From assembly GCA_001782045.1 (NCBI GenBank), contig MFNK01000008.1, positions 2,597 to 66,596 on the forward strand: a stretch of 64,000 bases of DNA, given 5' to 3'. Source of the stretch: Candidatus Levybacteria bacterium RIFCSPHIGHO2_01_FULL_36_15b (GTDB lineage Bacteria; Patescibacteriota; Microgenomatia; Levybacterales; UBA12049). The notes under the pieces were generated by a model. It did not search any database. It saw nothing but the letters and a program-made list of their open reading frames with translations, and was not told the DNA's origin. The position numbers were made by a program, and so were the translations under genes. This document shows positions 18,968-27,462 of the stretch, in pieces. The number at the start of each line of letters is the position of its first letter. Positions within the stretch are counted from its first letter, which is position 1.

Positions 18968-19828
18968 ATGGACTATCAATTTATTGAAGACGAAACGGGC
19001 AATTGGTCTATTCTTGCTCCAAAGCGGGCAAAGCGCCCAAACGAGCTAACAGGTACAGAGTCTATTTGTCCCTTCTGCATTGGAATGGTTGAGACTCCTG
19101 ACGAGGTTTACAGAATAGGCAATAAAAACACTTGGAAAGTTATAGTTGTAAAAAATAAATTTCCCTTTGCCCCAATACATGAAATAATAGTTCATTCTCC
19201 GGATCACCATAAGACTTTTGATGAGCTTCCTATACAGCAGTCCGAGGAAATTTTAAAAGCATATAAAGCAAGATATTTAGAGCATCAGGATAAGGGAACT
19301 GTAGTAATTTTTAACAATCATGGAGAAGCATCTGGAGAAAGCCTTCCGCATCCCCACAGCCAGCTTGCAGTAGTTCCGGCACATGTTAAATTAAATTTTC
19401 AGCATCATGAGATATCGGAAACAGATAAGACTAAGGAAACTGCAGAATTTACGATTTTCGCACCCCAAGAAAGCAAATGGTCTGATGAGGTATGGTTATA
19501 TCCTAAAAAAAGATGTAAAACTTTTGGGGAAATTTCTGGTAACGAGATAAAAGATTTGGCAAAAAGTTTATACAAGCTTATTCAGATTATGGACATGCGC
19601 CATGGCCACGAATTTCCGTACAATTTTATGATTTATCCCTATAAAGATTGGTATTTAAGGCTTGTTCCGCGGCAAAAAATTATAGGAGGGTTTGAAGTTG
19701 GTACAGGTATATATGTTAATACTCAAGATCCGAAAGAAACAATAGAGTTTATAATTGAGCATTTTGATACTCCGGATGAAGAAAAAATAAAATCAGTCCA
19801 CAGAGCAAGTTATAGAAGGGGAGTATAG
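18968..19828 (+). CDS. HIT-superfamily nucleotidyltransferase (galactose-1-phosphate uridylyltransferase-like)
   Basis: N-terminal CPFC zinc knuckle. HPHSQL histidine motif (GalT HPHGQ-like). 286 aa, shorter than canonical GalT. Confidence 0.55.
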   Translation: MDYQFIEDETGNWSILAPKRAKRPNELTGTESICPFCIGMVETPDEVYRIGNKNTWKVIVVKNKFPFAPIHEIIVHSPDHHKTFDELPIQQSEEILKAYKARYLEHQDKGTVVIFNNHGEASGESLPHPHSQLAVVPAHVKLNFQHHEISETDKTKETAEFTIFAPQESKWSDEVWLYPKKRCKTFGEISGNEIKDLAKSLYKLIQIMDMRHGHEFPYNFMIYPYKDWYLRLVPRQKIIGGFEVGTGIYVNTQDPKETIEFIIEHFDTPDEEKIKSVHRASYRRGV

Positions 19829-19843
19829 TGTATAATACGGCCT

Positions 19844-20506
19844 ATGATTGAACAAAGTAGGCTGGGATTAAGAGCTCATGAGGTAGCAGACCTAGATCCA
19901 TACAAAGTTCGCAAAATAGAGCTGCAGCTAGAGGCAGAAGAGCTTATTGTAAAAGAAGAACCGCGAGAAGAAGTTGGGAAAATGTACTTCACGAAAGAGC
20001 AGAAACAGCAGTTAGAGCAACAAGGATTTCAAATCTACAGACTTTCCGGAATTACTTCCAACGAAATGAAAGGAATAAGTTTTAAATATAATTTTTTAAG
20101 AAGTGGTTTGCGTAAGTTGATGAATGAAAAATCCATGGAAGGAGAAGTTGCTATTGATCCAAATAATTTTTTTTGGCAAGAGACGGCTTATAAAAAATAT
20201 TTAGAGCAGGCAGAAATTGTTCTTTCCAATAAAAATAAGAGAGGAGTAGAAGGTACAAGATTTATTTGGGGCAACGTTGCTGACTATGTGGAATTGAGCT
20301 ATCTATACTTTCGAAGAAACACAAAACCTTTTGGATCTTTATTTAAATCCGACTGGGCAAGAACTTCTGGACCAGGTCCAAATCTTTCAGTTGCCATAGT
20401 TACAATTAAAGACAACTTTGTTCAATTTAAATTTGAAGACACAGATAAAATGTCGGAAAATATTAAAATTGCACCACTTCTTATAAAAGACGTTCAAATT
20501 GATTAA
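19844..20506 (+). CDS. VADLDPY-motif family protein (member 8; N-terminal LRAHEVADLDPYKVRK)
   Basis: 220 aa. Shares the FTKEQKQQLEQQGFQIYRLSG module with members 9-11. Confidence 0.55.
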   Translation: MIEQSRLGLRAHEVADLDPYKVRKIELQLEAEELIVKEEPREEVGKMYFTKEQKQQLEQQGFQIYRLSGITSNEMKGISFKYNFLRSGLRKLMNEKSMEGEVAIDPNNFFWQETAYKKYLEQAEIVLSNKNKRGVEGTRFIWGNVADYVELSYLYFRRNTKPFGSLFKSDWARTSGPGPNLSVAIVTIKDNFVQFKFEDTDKMSENIKIAPLLIKDVQID

Positions 20507-20511
20507 TAGAT

Positions 20512-21417
20512 TTGATTTTGTATATTACGAGTCTATATAATTTAACTGTGGCTGAAGCGAAAAAAGACGAATTTTTATCAAGAGAAGATATTCCAGATCC
20601 ACCTTCTTCGATAAGTAAGAGCAGAAGGCTCGAAATCCAAAAGGAGTTAGAAGAACTTGAAAAAGAAGGATTTCCCAAACAATCTAGTAAGTCTACAACT
20701 GTAGAAAAAGTACCAGAAAAAAGACCAGGAAAAGATTTTCAAAGGCCAGATGAGTGGGTAGATCAAGATCCTTACAATGTTCGTGGGAAACCTAAGCAAG
20801 AAGCAGCAAGAGAGCTTTTGAGTTCTGATGAAGAAAAACAAACTAAATTATTAGAGCAAGAGGGTTTTGGATCTTTTACACAAGAACAAAAAGTAGAACT
20901 CGAAAGTAGGGGTTTTGAAATTTATAAATTGACAGGAATTTCAATGGCAGATATGCAGGATAAAATAGAATTTGCAACTAATGTAGGCCCTGATTTTGTA
21001 AAAAATTTGAAATCCAGCGTCGGTGAAGTAGCAGTTGTGCATACTCCAGGTTTATTCTTTCTATCAAACAGTAGTCAAAAGACTCTCGCCGAGCAGCAGG
21101 AAATAATTGATTTGTTTTCCGCAAGATTAAGTAGCGATATTCCCGGAGTTAAAGCAATAATTGGAGAAGCAGCTGATTATATTGCGATTGCGGATCAAGA
21201 CAGTAGAATTCAAGATGAGCGTAGTAGGCTTTTCGGGCTTCGTTACGCTGGCAGTATTCGTACCTCAACTACACGTGGTAGATATCGTTCTGAAAAATTA
21301 TCCCTTGCTCGAGGAATGAAAAAAGAACTCCATGTTATGTTTTGGGGTGACGATTTAAACCAATTTAAAGATCTATTTGTTGCTCCCTTGATTATTCCTA
21401 ATAATGACAGAACCTAA
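20512..21417 (+). CDS. VADLDPY-motif family protein (member 9; divergent motif WVDQDPYNVRGKPKQEAARELL at about residue 80)
   Basis: 301 aa. FTQEQKVELESRGFEIYKLTG module. Confidence 0.5.
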   Translation: MILYITSLYNLTVAEAKKDEFLSREDIPDPPSSISKSRRLEIQKELEELEKEGFPKQSSKSTTVEKVPEKRPGKDFQRPDEWVDQDPYNVRGKPKQEAARELLSSDEEKQTKLLEQEGFGSFTQEQKVELESRGFEIYKLTGISMADMQDKIEFATNVGPDFVKNLKSSVGEVAVVHTPGLFFLSNSSQKTLAEQQEIIDLFSARLSSDIPGVKAIIGEAADYIAIADQDSRIQDERSRLFGLRYAGSIRTSTTRGRYRSEKLSLARGMKKELHVMFWGDDLNQFKDLFVAPLIIPNNDRT

Positions 21418-22135
21418 AAAAGACGAAATGATGAGATCAGATCAGGTCGCGGATTTAGATCCGTATAACCAGCGTGGAAAACCAAAGCAAGAAGCCGCAA
21501 GGGAGCTTTTGGGGGATGAGCCGGAAGTTGAGGAAGATGAGAATTTTGATGGACCAAAGTTTACACAAGAGCAAAAAGTAAAACTGCGCGATTACGGTGC
21601 GGAAATATTTACACTTCACGGAGAGTCTATAAATTCATTAAAAGAAAAAGGATTAAAAGTATGGTCGAATTTAGACTCTTCCGATTTCCAGCTTGGCTAT
21701 GAAGGACATAAAACTGAAGTGGCAATTAGACTAGCTTCAAATTATCTTTTCCTACCAGATAGTAACAATAAAAATTATGATGAACAAGCAAATATGGTAA
21801 CAAACTATTCATTGGAGCTTGAAAGAAAAATTCCAGGCATTTATGCATCGCTCGGATTTCCAAGTGACTATGCAGAAATAGTACTGCATTGCTTAACCAA
21901 GCGTGGACTAGAATTGTTCAAAGGTACAACTCCTAATGGAGGGTATATGTACACCAGTACAGCAATGAGTAGATCGGAAAGCTTAGGATCGGGAAAAACA
22001 GATTCATTTTTTATATCAGTAGGCGGAATGGATGAATATGGACTTGGCATACATGCTTTTTCTGCAACAGAAGATATTAGTTTTATATTTGCAACCCCCT
22101 TGATTTTCCCTGATTCAAATCGAGTTAATTTATGA
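21404..22135 (+). CDS. VADLDPY-motif family protein (member 10; N-terminal MTEPKKDEMMRSDQVADLDPYNQRGKPKQEAARELLGDEPE)
   Basis: 243 aa. 14 nt overlap with member 9. The N-terminal 45 aa are near-identical to members 11-13. Confidence 0.6.
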   Translation: MTEPKKDEMMRSDQVADLDPYNQRGKPKQEAARELLGDEPEVEEDENFDGPKFTQEQKVKLRDYGAEIFTLHGESINSLKEKGLKVWSNLDSSDFQLGYEGHKTEVAIRLASNYLFLPDSNNKNYDEQANMVTNYSLELERKIPGIYASLGFPSDYAEIVLHCLTKRGLELFKGTTPNGGYMYTSTAMSRSESLGSGKTDSFFISVGGMDEYGLGIHAFSATEDISFIFATPLIFPDSNRVNL

Positions 22136-22836
22136 TTGAACCTAAGAAAGACGACATGATGAGATCAGATCAGGTTGCGGACTTAGATCCGTATAACATG
22201 CGTGGTAAACCAAAGCATGAAGCTGCGAGGGAATTGATTGGGGAAGAGCCTGAAGTTGAGGAAGAACAATTTGATGGTCTAAAGTTTACCCAAGAACAAC
22301 GAGAAAAATTGGAAGAAGTGGGACTCACGATTCTTCAATTAGAAAATTTAACTTTTGACGATCTATATAATAATGGTTTAGGCAAAATTTATGAAACCAA
22401 ATATTTTGATTTAATAGAGAAGATGAATAATGATAGGTCCATTAAAACAGAAGTGGCAATAAACATTTTGGACCCTTTTATTAAAGATAGTTTTTTTAAA
22501 ACATTTGGTGAGCAGATTGAGCTTGTGCGACTCTTTGATGAGCAAATTAGAAATCAGATTCCAGGAGTTAAAGCTAATATTGCCGAAGCAGTAGACTTAG
22601 CCCAAATATCTTTTATTCACGCAAAAGAATCATATTTTTATGTATATAATAATTATACTAGAACCAGCACTTCGATAGATGGAAAATTAGTAGCAATAAG
22701 TGATCAGTATAACTCAGGCACCTCTAGCACCTTTATTAAAACTCGTTTTGATTTTGTTGATAGGGATAGTAAATTACCATCTTTAGGAATAGTCGCATTA
22801 ATATACCCTGAAAGTTATCCGGGCAAGTCAGATTAA
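22132..22836 (+). CDS. VADLDPY-motif family protein (member 11; N-terminal MIEPKKDDMMRSDQVADLDPYNMRGKPKHEAARELIGEEPE)
   Basis: 234 aa. ATGA overlap with member 10. Recent paralog, with DNA-level similarity across the first ~120 nt. Confidence 0.6.
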   Translation: MIEPKKDDMMRSDQVADLDPYNMRGKPKHEAARELIGEEPEVEEEQFDGLKFTQEQREKLEEVGLTILQLENLTFDDLYNNGLGKIYETKYFDLIEKMNNDRSIKTEVAINILDPFIKDSFFKTFGEQIELVRLFDEQIRNQIPGVKANIAEAVDLAQISFIHAKESYFYVYNNYTRTSTSIDGKLVAISDQYNSGTSSTFIKTRFDFVDRDSKLPSLGIVALIYPESYPGKSD

Positions 22837-22933
22837 TTATCCAGCTTTTACCTCTTGACAAAATATGTTACACTTAGTTATATTGTAGATAATTACTTTA
22901 TATATTGAGCAATATCAATATATATTAAAGAGT

Positions 22934-23143
22934 ATGCCAGAACAACTTTCTATAAATAATCTTCCGGATCTTCTAACAGTACGAGAAGTTGCCCAGATTT
23001 TGCGCGTTTCTCCCTTAACTATAAAAAGATGGGGTAAAAGAGGAAAATTGCCTGCAATTAGAATTAACTCAAGAGGAGATCGAAGATATAAAAAAGAAGC
23101 AGTCCTCTGGCTTTTAGGAATTGCCAGTCCAACCACAGAATAA
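22934..23143 (+). CDS. HTH DNA-binding protein (excisionase/MerR-like HTH_17 family)
   Basis: 69 aa. LTVREVAQILRVSPLTIKRWGKRGKLPAIRI matches the helix-turn-helix of Xis/AlpA-type binders. Confidence 0.55.
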   Translation: MPEQLSINNLPDLLTVREVAQILRVSPLTIKRWGKRGKLPAIRINSRGDRRYKKEAVLWLLGIASPTTE

Positions 23144-23169
23144 TTAAGAAACTCCTATACAACAAAAAA

Positions 23170-23190
23170 CCGCCAATAAAGGCGGATTTT
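23170..23190. terminator. bidirectional rho-independent terminator hairpin (CCGCC-AATAAA-GGCGG, A/T-flanked)
   Basis: GC stem-loop at 23170-23185 with T-tracts on both sides, between the convergent HTH gene (+) and rplL (-). Confidence 0.55.
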
Positions 23191-23192
23191 TG

Positions 23193-23212
23193 TCCTTCGA
23201 CAGGCTCAGGAT
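23193..23212 (+). repeat. dispersed ~20 bp repeat, copy 2 (TCCTTCGACAGGCTCAGGAT)
   Basis: Read directly from the sequence, between the terminator and the rplL stop. Confidence 0.6.
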
Positions 23213-23220
23213 TAGCTAAA

Positions 23221-23616
23221 TTACTTTAGCTCTACAGTTGCACCCGCTGCGGTTAATTTTTCCTTAGCTTCATCAGCTGTCTTTTTGTTGACTGCTGTCA
23301 TTACCTCTTTTGGAGCCGTATCTACCAATGCTTTTGCATCGGCAAGTCCCAAAGTTGGAACTAATTCTCTTACAGCTTTAATTACTGCAATTTTGTTTGC
23401 TCCGCCGGACGCTAAAACGACGTTGAATACCGTCTGTTCACTGGCTTCTTCTCCGCTTTCTGCTGGCGCTGCGGCTCCGGCTGCTGGTGCTGCTGCAACC
23501 ACTGCTGCGCTGACACCAAATTTGTCTTCCAAAGCCTTAACAAATTCTGACAGTTCGAGAACTGACATTTCTTCAACTGCTTTTAAAAGCTCTTCTTGTT
23601 TTGCTTTTGCCATCAA
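23221..23616 (-). CDS. rplL: 50S ribosomal protein L7/L12
   Basis: 131 aa. Ala-rich hinge. C-terminal domain ...[15 protein letters not shown]. Confidence 0.9.
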   Translation of the reverse strand: MMAKAKQEELLKAVEEMSVLELSEFVKALEDKFGVSAAVVAAAPAAGAAAPAESGEEASEQTVFNVVLASGGANKIAVIKAVRELVPTLGLADAKALVDTAPKEVMTAVNKKTADEAKEKLTAAGATVELK

Positions 23617-24386
23617 TTCTCACCCCCTTTATTTTCATTATTAGATTGATTTTCGGGTTTTTCCGCTGCTAGCTCTTGCGGTGTTTCGGAGAGTATAGTT
23701 TCTGGTTCGACGGGCTCACCACTAGGTGGTTTGGCAGATTCACTATTTAATGACTCTGCGACTGGAGTTTGCACGGATGCCTGTTCTTGGACTGCCTCTG
23801 TTTGTTCAATTACTGGCTGTTTGTTAGCCGGAGAAGTCGGAACAGAATCAGCCGGTTTGTTTTGCACAACTGCATTTAAAGTCATAACAAGTTTTTGTAA
23901 GTTCCAATTTAATGCTTTATGTAAGCCTGAAATAGGGGATTTAAGAGTAAAAACCAGTTGCGAAAGCAGTACTTCGCGTGTTGGAAGAGTTGATAGTTTT
24001 AAAATTTGTTCTCCGGTTACAAAATCTCCTTCCATTATGCCAAATTTAACATTTGGCAAATTTAGCTCTTTAATCAGCTTTGCAAGTTCTTTAAGGGGAA
24101 GAAGTAAATCGTTATATAAAAAAAGCGTTCCTGTTTGGCCACCTAGCTCGTGTTCGCCTTCGAGCTTTTTATCTGTAATTGCGCGCGTTAAGAGCGAATT
24201 TTTGGCTACAACAAATTCGGAATCTGCCTTTTTTAGCTGTTTTTTAAGTCCCTCTATTTGTTTGTGCGTTAAGCCTTGATAGTTAGTAAATATAACAGCT
24301 TTAGCCTTTGTATACTTTTCACTTAAGCTGCTTACAATTCCTACTTTTTTTTCTCTATTTTTGCTTATTTTAGGTTCTTCGTTCAT
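23613..24386 (-). CDS. rplJ: 50S ribosomal protein L10 with a ~85 aa Glu/Pro/Gln-rich C-terminal extension
   Basis: The N-terminal ~170 aa match L10 ([21 protein letters not shown]...). 257 aa total; the tail is low-complexity and acidic. Confidence 0.8.
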   Translation of the reverse strand: MNEEPKISKNREKKVGIVSSLSEKYTKAKAVIFTNYQGLTHKQIEGLKKQLKKADSEFVVAKNSLLTRAITDKKLEGEHELGGQTGTLFLYNDLLLPLKELAKLIKELNLPNVKFGIMEGDFVTGEQILKLSTLPTREVLLSQLVFTLKSPISGLHKALNWNLQKLVMTLNAVVQNKPADSVPTSPANKQPVIEQTEAVQEQASVQTPVAESLNSESAKPPSGEPVEPETILSETPQELAAEKPENQSNNENKGGEN

Positions 24387-24393
24387 AATAATA

Positions 24394-24414
24394 TCCTTCG
24401 ACTGCGCTCAGGAT
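24394..24414 (+). repeat. dispersed ~20 bp repeat, copy 3 (TCCTTCGACTGCGCTCAGGAT)
   Basis: Read directly from the sequence. Confidence 0.55.
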
Positions 24415-24523
24415 TGTGTTCTATTTTAAATTTTCAAGAGGAACACAAAAAACTCGTCTAAGACGAGTAAATAAGTTTGAGCTGAACTTTAGTTTTCCTC
24501 GGTAGGACTTATAGATTGAAGCG

Positions 24524-24544
24524 TCCTTCGACTTCGCTCAGGAT
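24524..24544 (+). repeat. dispersed ~20 bp repeat, copy 4 (TCCTTCGACTTCGCTCAGGAT)
   Basis: Read directly from the sequence. Confidence 0.55.
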
Positions 24545-24611
24545 TTAGCTTCGCTCAACCCACTGTCTTAGGTTATGTTAGTTTAACAAATACAAAAGTA
24601 TTTTTCAATAC

Positions 24612-24800
24612 TTAATTATGAGGGTTTTTTTCCGCCTGAAAAACTGTTTCTGAATTTCCTTTTGGTTTATCTATGTCTAAAACTCTAGCGGAGCCGACGA
24701 AATCAGAAGCATCCGCTTTCTGATATGGAGGTAAAACATATCTTATTTTAGGATACCTTTTCTGCGTCCTTTGTCTTTCTTGAGCTCTTTCTCTACTCAT
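24612..24800 (-). CDS. small basic hypothetical protein (62 aa)
   Basis: Arg/Lys-rich N-terminus (MSRERAQERQRTQKRYPKIRY). Could be a real small protein or spurious. Confidence 0.25.
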   Translation of the reverse strand: MSRERAQERQRTQKRYPKIRYVLPPYQKADASDFVGSARVLDIDKPKGNSETVFQAEKNPHN

Positions 24801-24835
24801 AAGAAGTGATATTATAACTTATAACTATCTTAAAC

Positions 24836-25573
24836 TCAAGACGTTACGCTTTTTGCGTAATAGCCCCTGTTTTCTTTTGGAAGAAGCACTGCAAGCCTTC
24901 CCATCATTAGATTGATAATTGACTTATCCGGATAAAGCACTTTTTCCATGGAAATTTCTTCATAAGAGTAGGGAGTTCCAACCTCAACAACGGTTTGGGT
25001 TAGGGGAGGAAATATTTGATACGGGTGTAGCGCTATAGGCAAGGCAAGTGAGCTATCTTTAGCAATTCTAAATAAAATATCAATTCCAGGCTCGGCTTTT
25101 ATTAATCCGCCTGTTTTACTTCTTGTGCCTTCAGGAGCAATTGCTAAAATCCGACCTTTTGTTTTTAATGCTTCTATTGCTTTTTGTACTGAAACCCGAT
25201 TAAAGTTGCTTGAATCTTGGTATAAATGCGCTTCATATCTTTGGACGACCTGCAAAACATCAAATCCTCTTGTTTTCGCAAGGCCATGTATTACTGAATT
25301 TTTAATTCTTGAAGAAACTCCTCTCTGTGGGTCAAGATGTTTTCTTCCTGCGAGGATGCTCAAATTAGAAAGAGACAAGTTTTCATCTAAAAATCTTGCT
25401 AAAACTGTAGTATCTAGGGTAGAGAAGTGGTTCGTATACAAAAGAAGCGAGCCTTGCTTCAAATGAGCCTTGGCTTTGTCTAAATTATTATCTGGATCAT
25501 TAACTTCGTATCTTACAGCTTTTGAAAGCTGCCAAAGCGTTTCAACTAGCGGACGAGAATCTTTTTCTTTCAT
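24836..25573 (-). CDS. lysophospholipid (1-acyl-sn-glycerol-3-phosphate) acyltransferase, PlsC family
   Basis: HxxxxD motif (NHFSTLD) and PEGTRS motif III. Confidence 0.7.
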   Translation of the reverse strand: MKEKDSRPLVETLWQLSKAVRYEVNDPDNNLDKAKAHLKQGSLLLYTNHFSTLDTTVLARFLDENLSLSNLSILAGRKHLDPQRGVSSRIKNSVIHGLAKTRGFDVLQVVQRYEAHLYQDSSNFNRVSVQKAIEALKTKGRILAIAPEGTRSKTGGLIKAEPGIDILFRIAKDSSLALPIALHPYQIFPPLTQTVVEVGTPYSYEEISMEKVLYPDKSIINLMMGRLAVLLPKENRGYYAKSVTS

Positions 25574-25603
25574 CGGCGCAATATTATCAGATATAATGGG
25601 TTT

Positions 25604-26284
25604 ATGGAAGAGGAATTAGTAAAATCTCCGGAAATAAATGAAAGCGAATTTGACGTTGTTGTGGTTTTGGGTGGCAATATTCGAAAAGATAACAATGGAA
25701 ATTGGAGAACATCTAGCTTTGAAGAAGGGGAAGAAAAATCAATGGGAGCGCATGGTAGAATCCTAGCCGCATCCGAACTTTATAAACAAGGCAAAGCAAA
25801 AAACTTTATTGTTTGTACTGGGCTTAGTTCTAATATATCCGGTCAGCCAGGAGTTTTGGAGCCGCAAGCACCAACCGAGGCAGAAGTAATGGCTTGGGAG
25901 CTAGAAGAATATGGAGTTCCTAAAAATTTAATAATTCGCGAAGATATTTCTGACAGCACTTTAGCAAACGTTAGAGAGGCTGCAAGAATTATAAGAGAAC
26001 ACAATTTTAAAAATGTTGGTCTTCTTACAAGTTTTTGGCATTTAGAAAGGGCAATGGTAATGATGGAATCCCAAAGGCTGGACACAGAAGGAAGACACGT
26101 TACTCCTTTATCATCGGAGGATATTCTTGCGGAAAAATCCTCTCACCACGCTTATTTAATTAATAAAGTAAAGGAAGCGCCAACAATGCAAAAAAGAATT
26201 GAAGCAGAAAATAGAGGATTACAAGCATTCAAAAGCGGAGACTATAACCAAACTCCTCATGGAACAAACCCGACGAAAGATTAG
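25604..26284 (+). CDS. DUF218 (YdcF/SanA/ElyC-like) domain protein
   Basis: VVVLGG, RILAASELYKQG and EDISDSTLANVREAARII segments match the DUF218 pattern. Confidence 0.5.
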   Translation: MEEELVKSPEINESEFDVVVVLGGNIRKDNNGNWRTSSFEEGEEKSMGAHGRILAASELYKQGKAKNFIVCTGLSSNISGQPGVLEPQAPTEAEVMAWELEEYGVPKNLIIREDISDSTLANVREAARIIREHNFKNVGLLTSFWHLERAMVMMESQRLDTEGRHVTPLSSEDILAEKSSHHAYLINKVKEAPTMQKRIEAENRGLQAFKSGDYNQTPHGTNPTKD

Positions 26285-26850
26285 GTAATGTTAAAAGCTT
26301 TTAAGATTTCTTCAGCCTTAACTCTATATTCATCTTCATCTGATATTATTTTCTCTCTAATTTCAAATAAGGGAACATTATTTTCTTCACATAGTATTTC
26401 TACTCCTGTTGCGAAGGGGCTATTATATGTTGAAAAGTTCATTCCGGTCATTGCTTCAGAATATGTGTGCATTTCCGGTAAAAGCACTACTCCGGTAGGT
26501 AAGCTTCTATCTTCTTTTTTTGATGTTGTATAATTTTCTACGTTGTAAAAATTGCTCAAATAAGAGTCTGCTTCATTTTGAACTGCAACTTGCTGTTGCT
26601 TAGCTCCAAGATCCGAAAGTAAATCAAATATCCATTTTCTTAATACAACTGATCTACTGGAAACAGAACCTAAAACAAGAATTCTGAATGGCTCTTTTTC
26701 TCTATTTATCTCTCTTGAATCTTTTTCCTCTGGTGTTTCTGGAAGCAATTCTCTTGCAGCTTCTTGTTTTGGTTTTCCACGCTGATTATACGGATCTAAG
26801 TCGGCAACATCGGGGGCTCGCATTATATCGTCTGTTTTAGGTTCACTCAT
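26281..26850 (-). CDS. VADLDPY-motif family protein (member 12; N-terminal MSEPKTDDIMRAPDVADLDPYNQRGKPKQEAARELL)
   Basis: 189 aa tandem paralog of member 13. Located between rplA and rplJ. Confidence 0.6.
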   Translation of the reverse strand: MSEPKTDDIMRAPDVADLDPYNQRGKPKQEAARELLPETPEEKDSREINREKEPFRILVLGSVSSRSVVLRKWIFDLLSDLGAKQQQVAVQNEADSYLSNFYNVENYTTSKKEDRSLPTGVVLLPEMHTYSEAMTGMNFSTYNSPFATGVEILCEENNVPLFEIREKIISDEDEYRVKAEEILKAFNIT

Positions 26851-27417
26851 TTATATTAAATTAAATTCTTTTAGAATTTCCTCAGTCTTTTCTGTTACGG
26901 CTTCGGGAGTTTGCAACATTTCATGAATTTCAAACAATGGGACATCATTTTCTTCACATAATTTTCTTATCATATCGGCAAATCCACTTTCGTAACTAGG
27001 AATTGTCATTCCTTCTCGGGAAGGGGAATACTGCCTCATTTCTGGCAATAGTACAACTCCGGTAGGAACACTTAATTCATCCTTTGTTGATGTATCTAAA
27101 TCGACCACGCCAAAAAAAGCGCTTTCAGCTGCGTCTACATCTCTTGCCGATCTTGTTGACGGATCTTTTGCTCCCGCACTTAAGAGATAATCATAAATTG
27201 TAGATCCTAAATCTAGACCGCCACTAAGTCTAGAACCTAACACGACAATTCGGTAGGGTTGTTTTGGTTTTAATCTTTCTTTAGCTACTTTTTCTTCTTT
27301 GGAATCTTCTAAAAGTTCTTTTGCTGCTTCGTGTTTGGGTTTTCCACGTTGATTGTATGGATCCAAATCCGCAACATCTGGGGCTCGCATCAATTCGTCT
27401 TTTTTGGGTTCGATCAC
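26851..27417 (-). CDS. VADLDPY-motif family protein (member 13; N-terminal MIEPKKDELMRAPDVADLDPYNQRGKPKHEAAKELL)
   Basis: 188 aa. Shares a C-terminal module with member 12 (PTGVVLLPEM...CEENxVPLFEI). Confidence 0.6.
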   Translation of the reverse strand: MIEPKKDELMRAPDVADLDPYNQRGKPKHEAAKELLEDSKEEKVAKERLKPKQPYRIVVLGSRLSGGLDLGSTIYDYLLSAGAKDPSTRSARDVDAAESAFFGVVDLDTSTKDELSVPTGVVLLPEMRQYSPSREGMTIPSYESGFADMIRKLCEENDVPLFEIHEMLQTPEAVTEKTEEILKEFNLI

Positions 27418-27462
27418 AAGATAATTATATCAGAAGCAGTCTCTTGACATAATAAGCCTATA

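Larger units (their letters stand above)
24387..24611 (-). promoter_or_regulatory. putative L10 (rplJL) leader/5' UTR
   Basis: 225 nt gap upstream of rplJ, the position where L10-leader autoregulatory RNAs occur. Contains two copies of the dispersed 20 bp repeat. Structure not verified. Confidence 0.3.

Noticed and set aside
22934-23143. Xis/excisionase-like HTH gene as evidence of a prophage or integrative element carrying the 19844-22836 family locus
   Set aside because: No integrase, no att repeats and no phage structural genes were found in the window. Stand-alone HTH_17 proteins are common regulators, so this is kept as a DNA-binding protein only.
23285-24279. Plus-strand ORFs 23285-23644 and 23731-24279, antisense to rplL and rplJ
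   Set aside because: They lie entirely within well-supported ribosomal protein genes on the other strand. Their composition is Ala/Ser/Thr-rich, the mirror of the GCN-rich coding strand.
1731-27417. Interpreting the VADLDPY motif as a known signal (sortase LPXTG, dockerin, Pup, encapsulin targeting peptide, twin-arginine)
   Set aside because: The sequence pattern does not match any of these consensus signals, so it is left as an unassigned novel motif.
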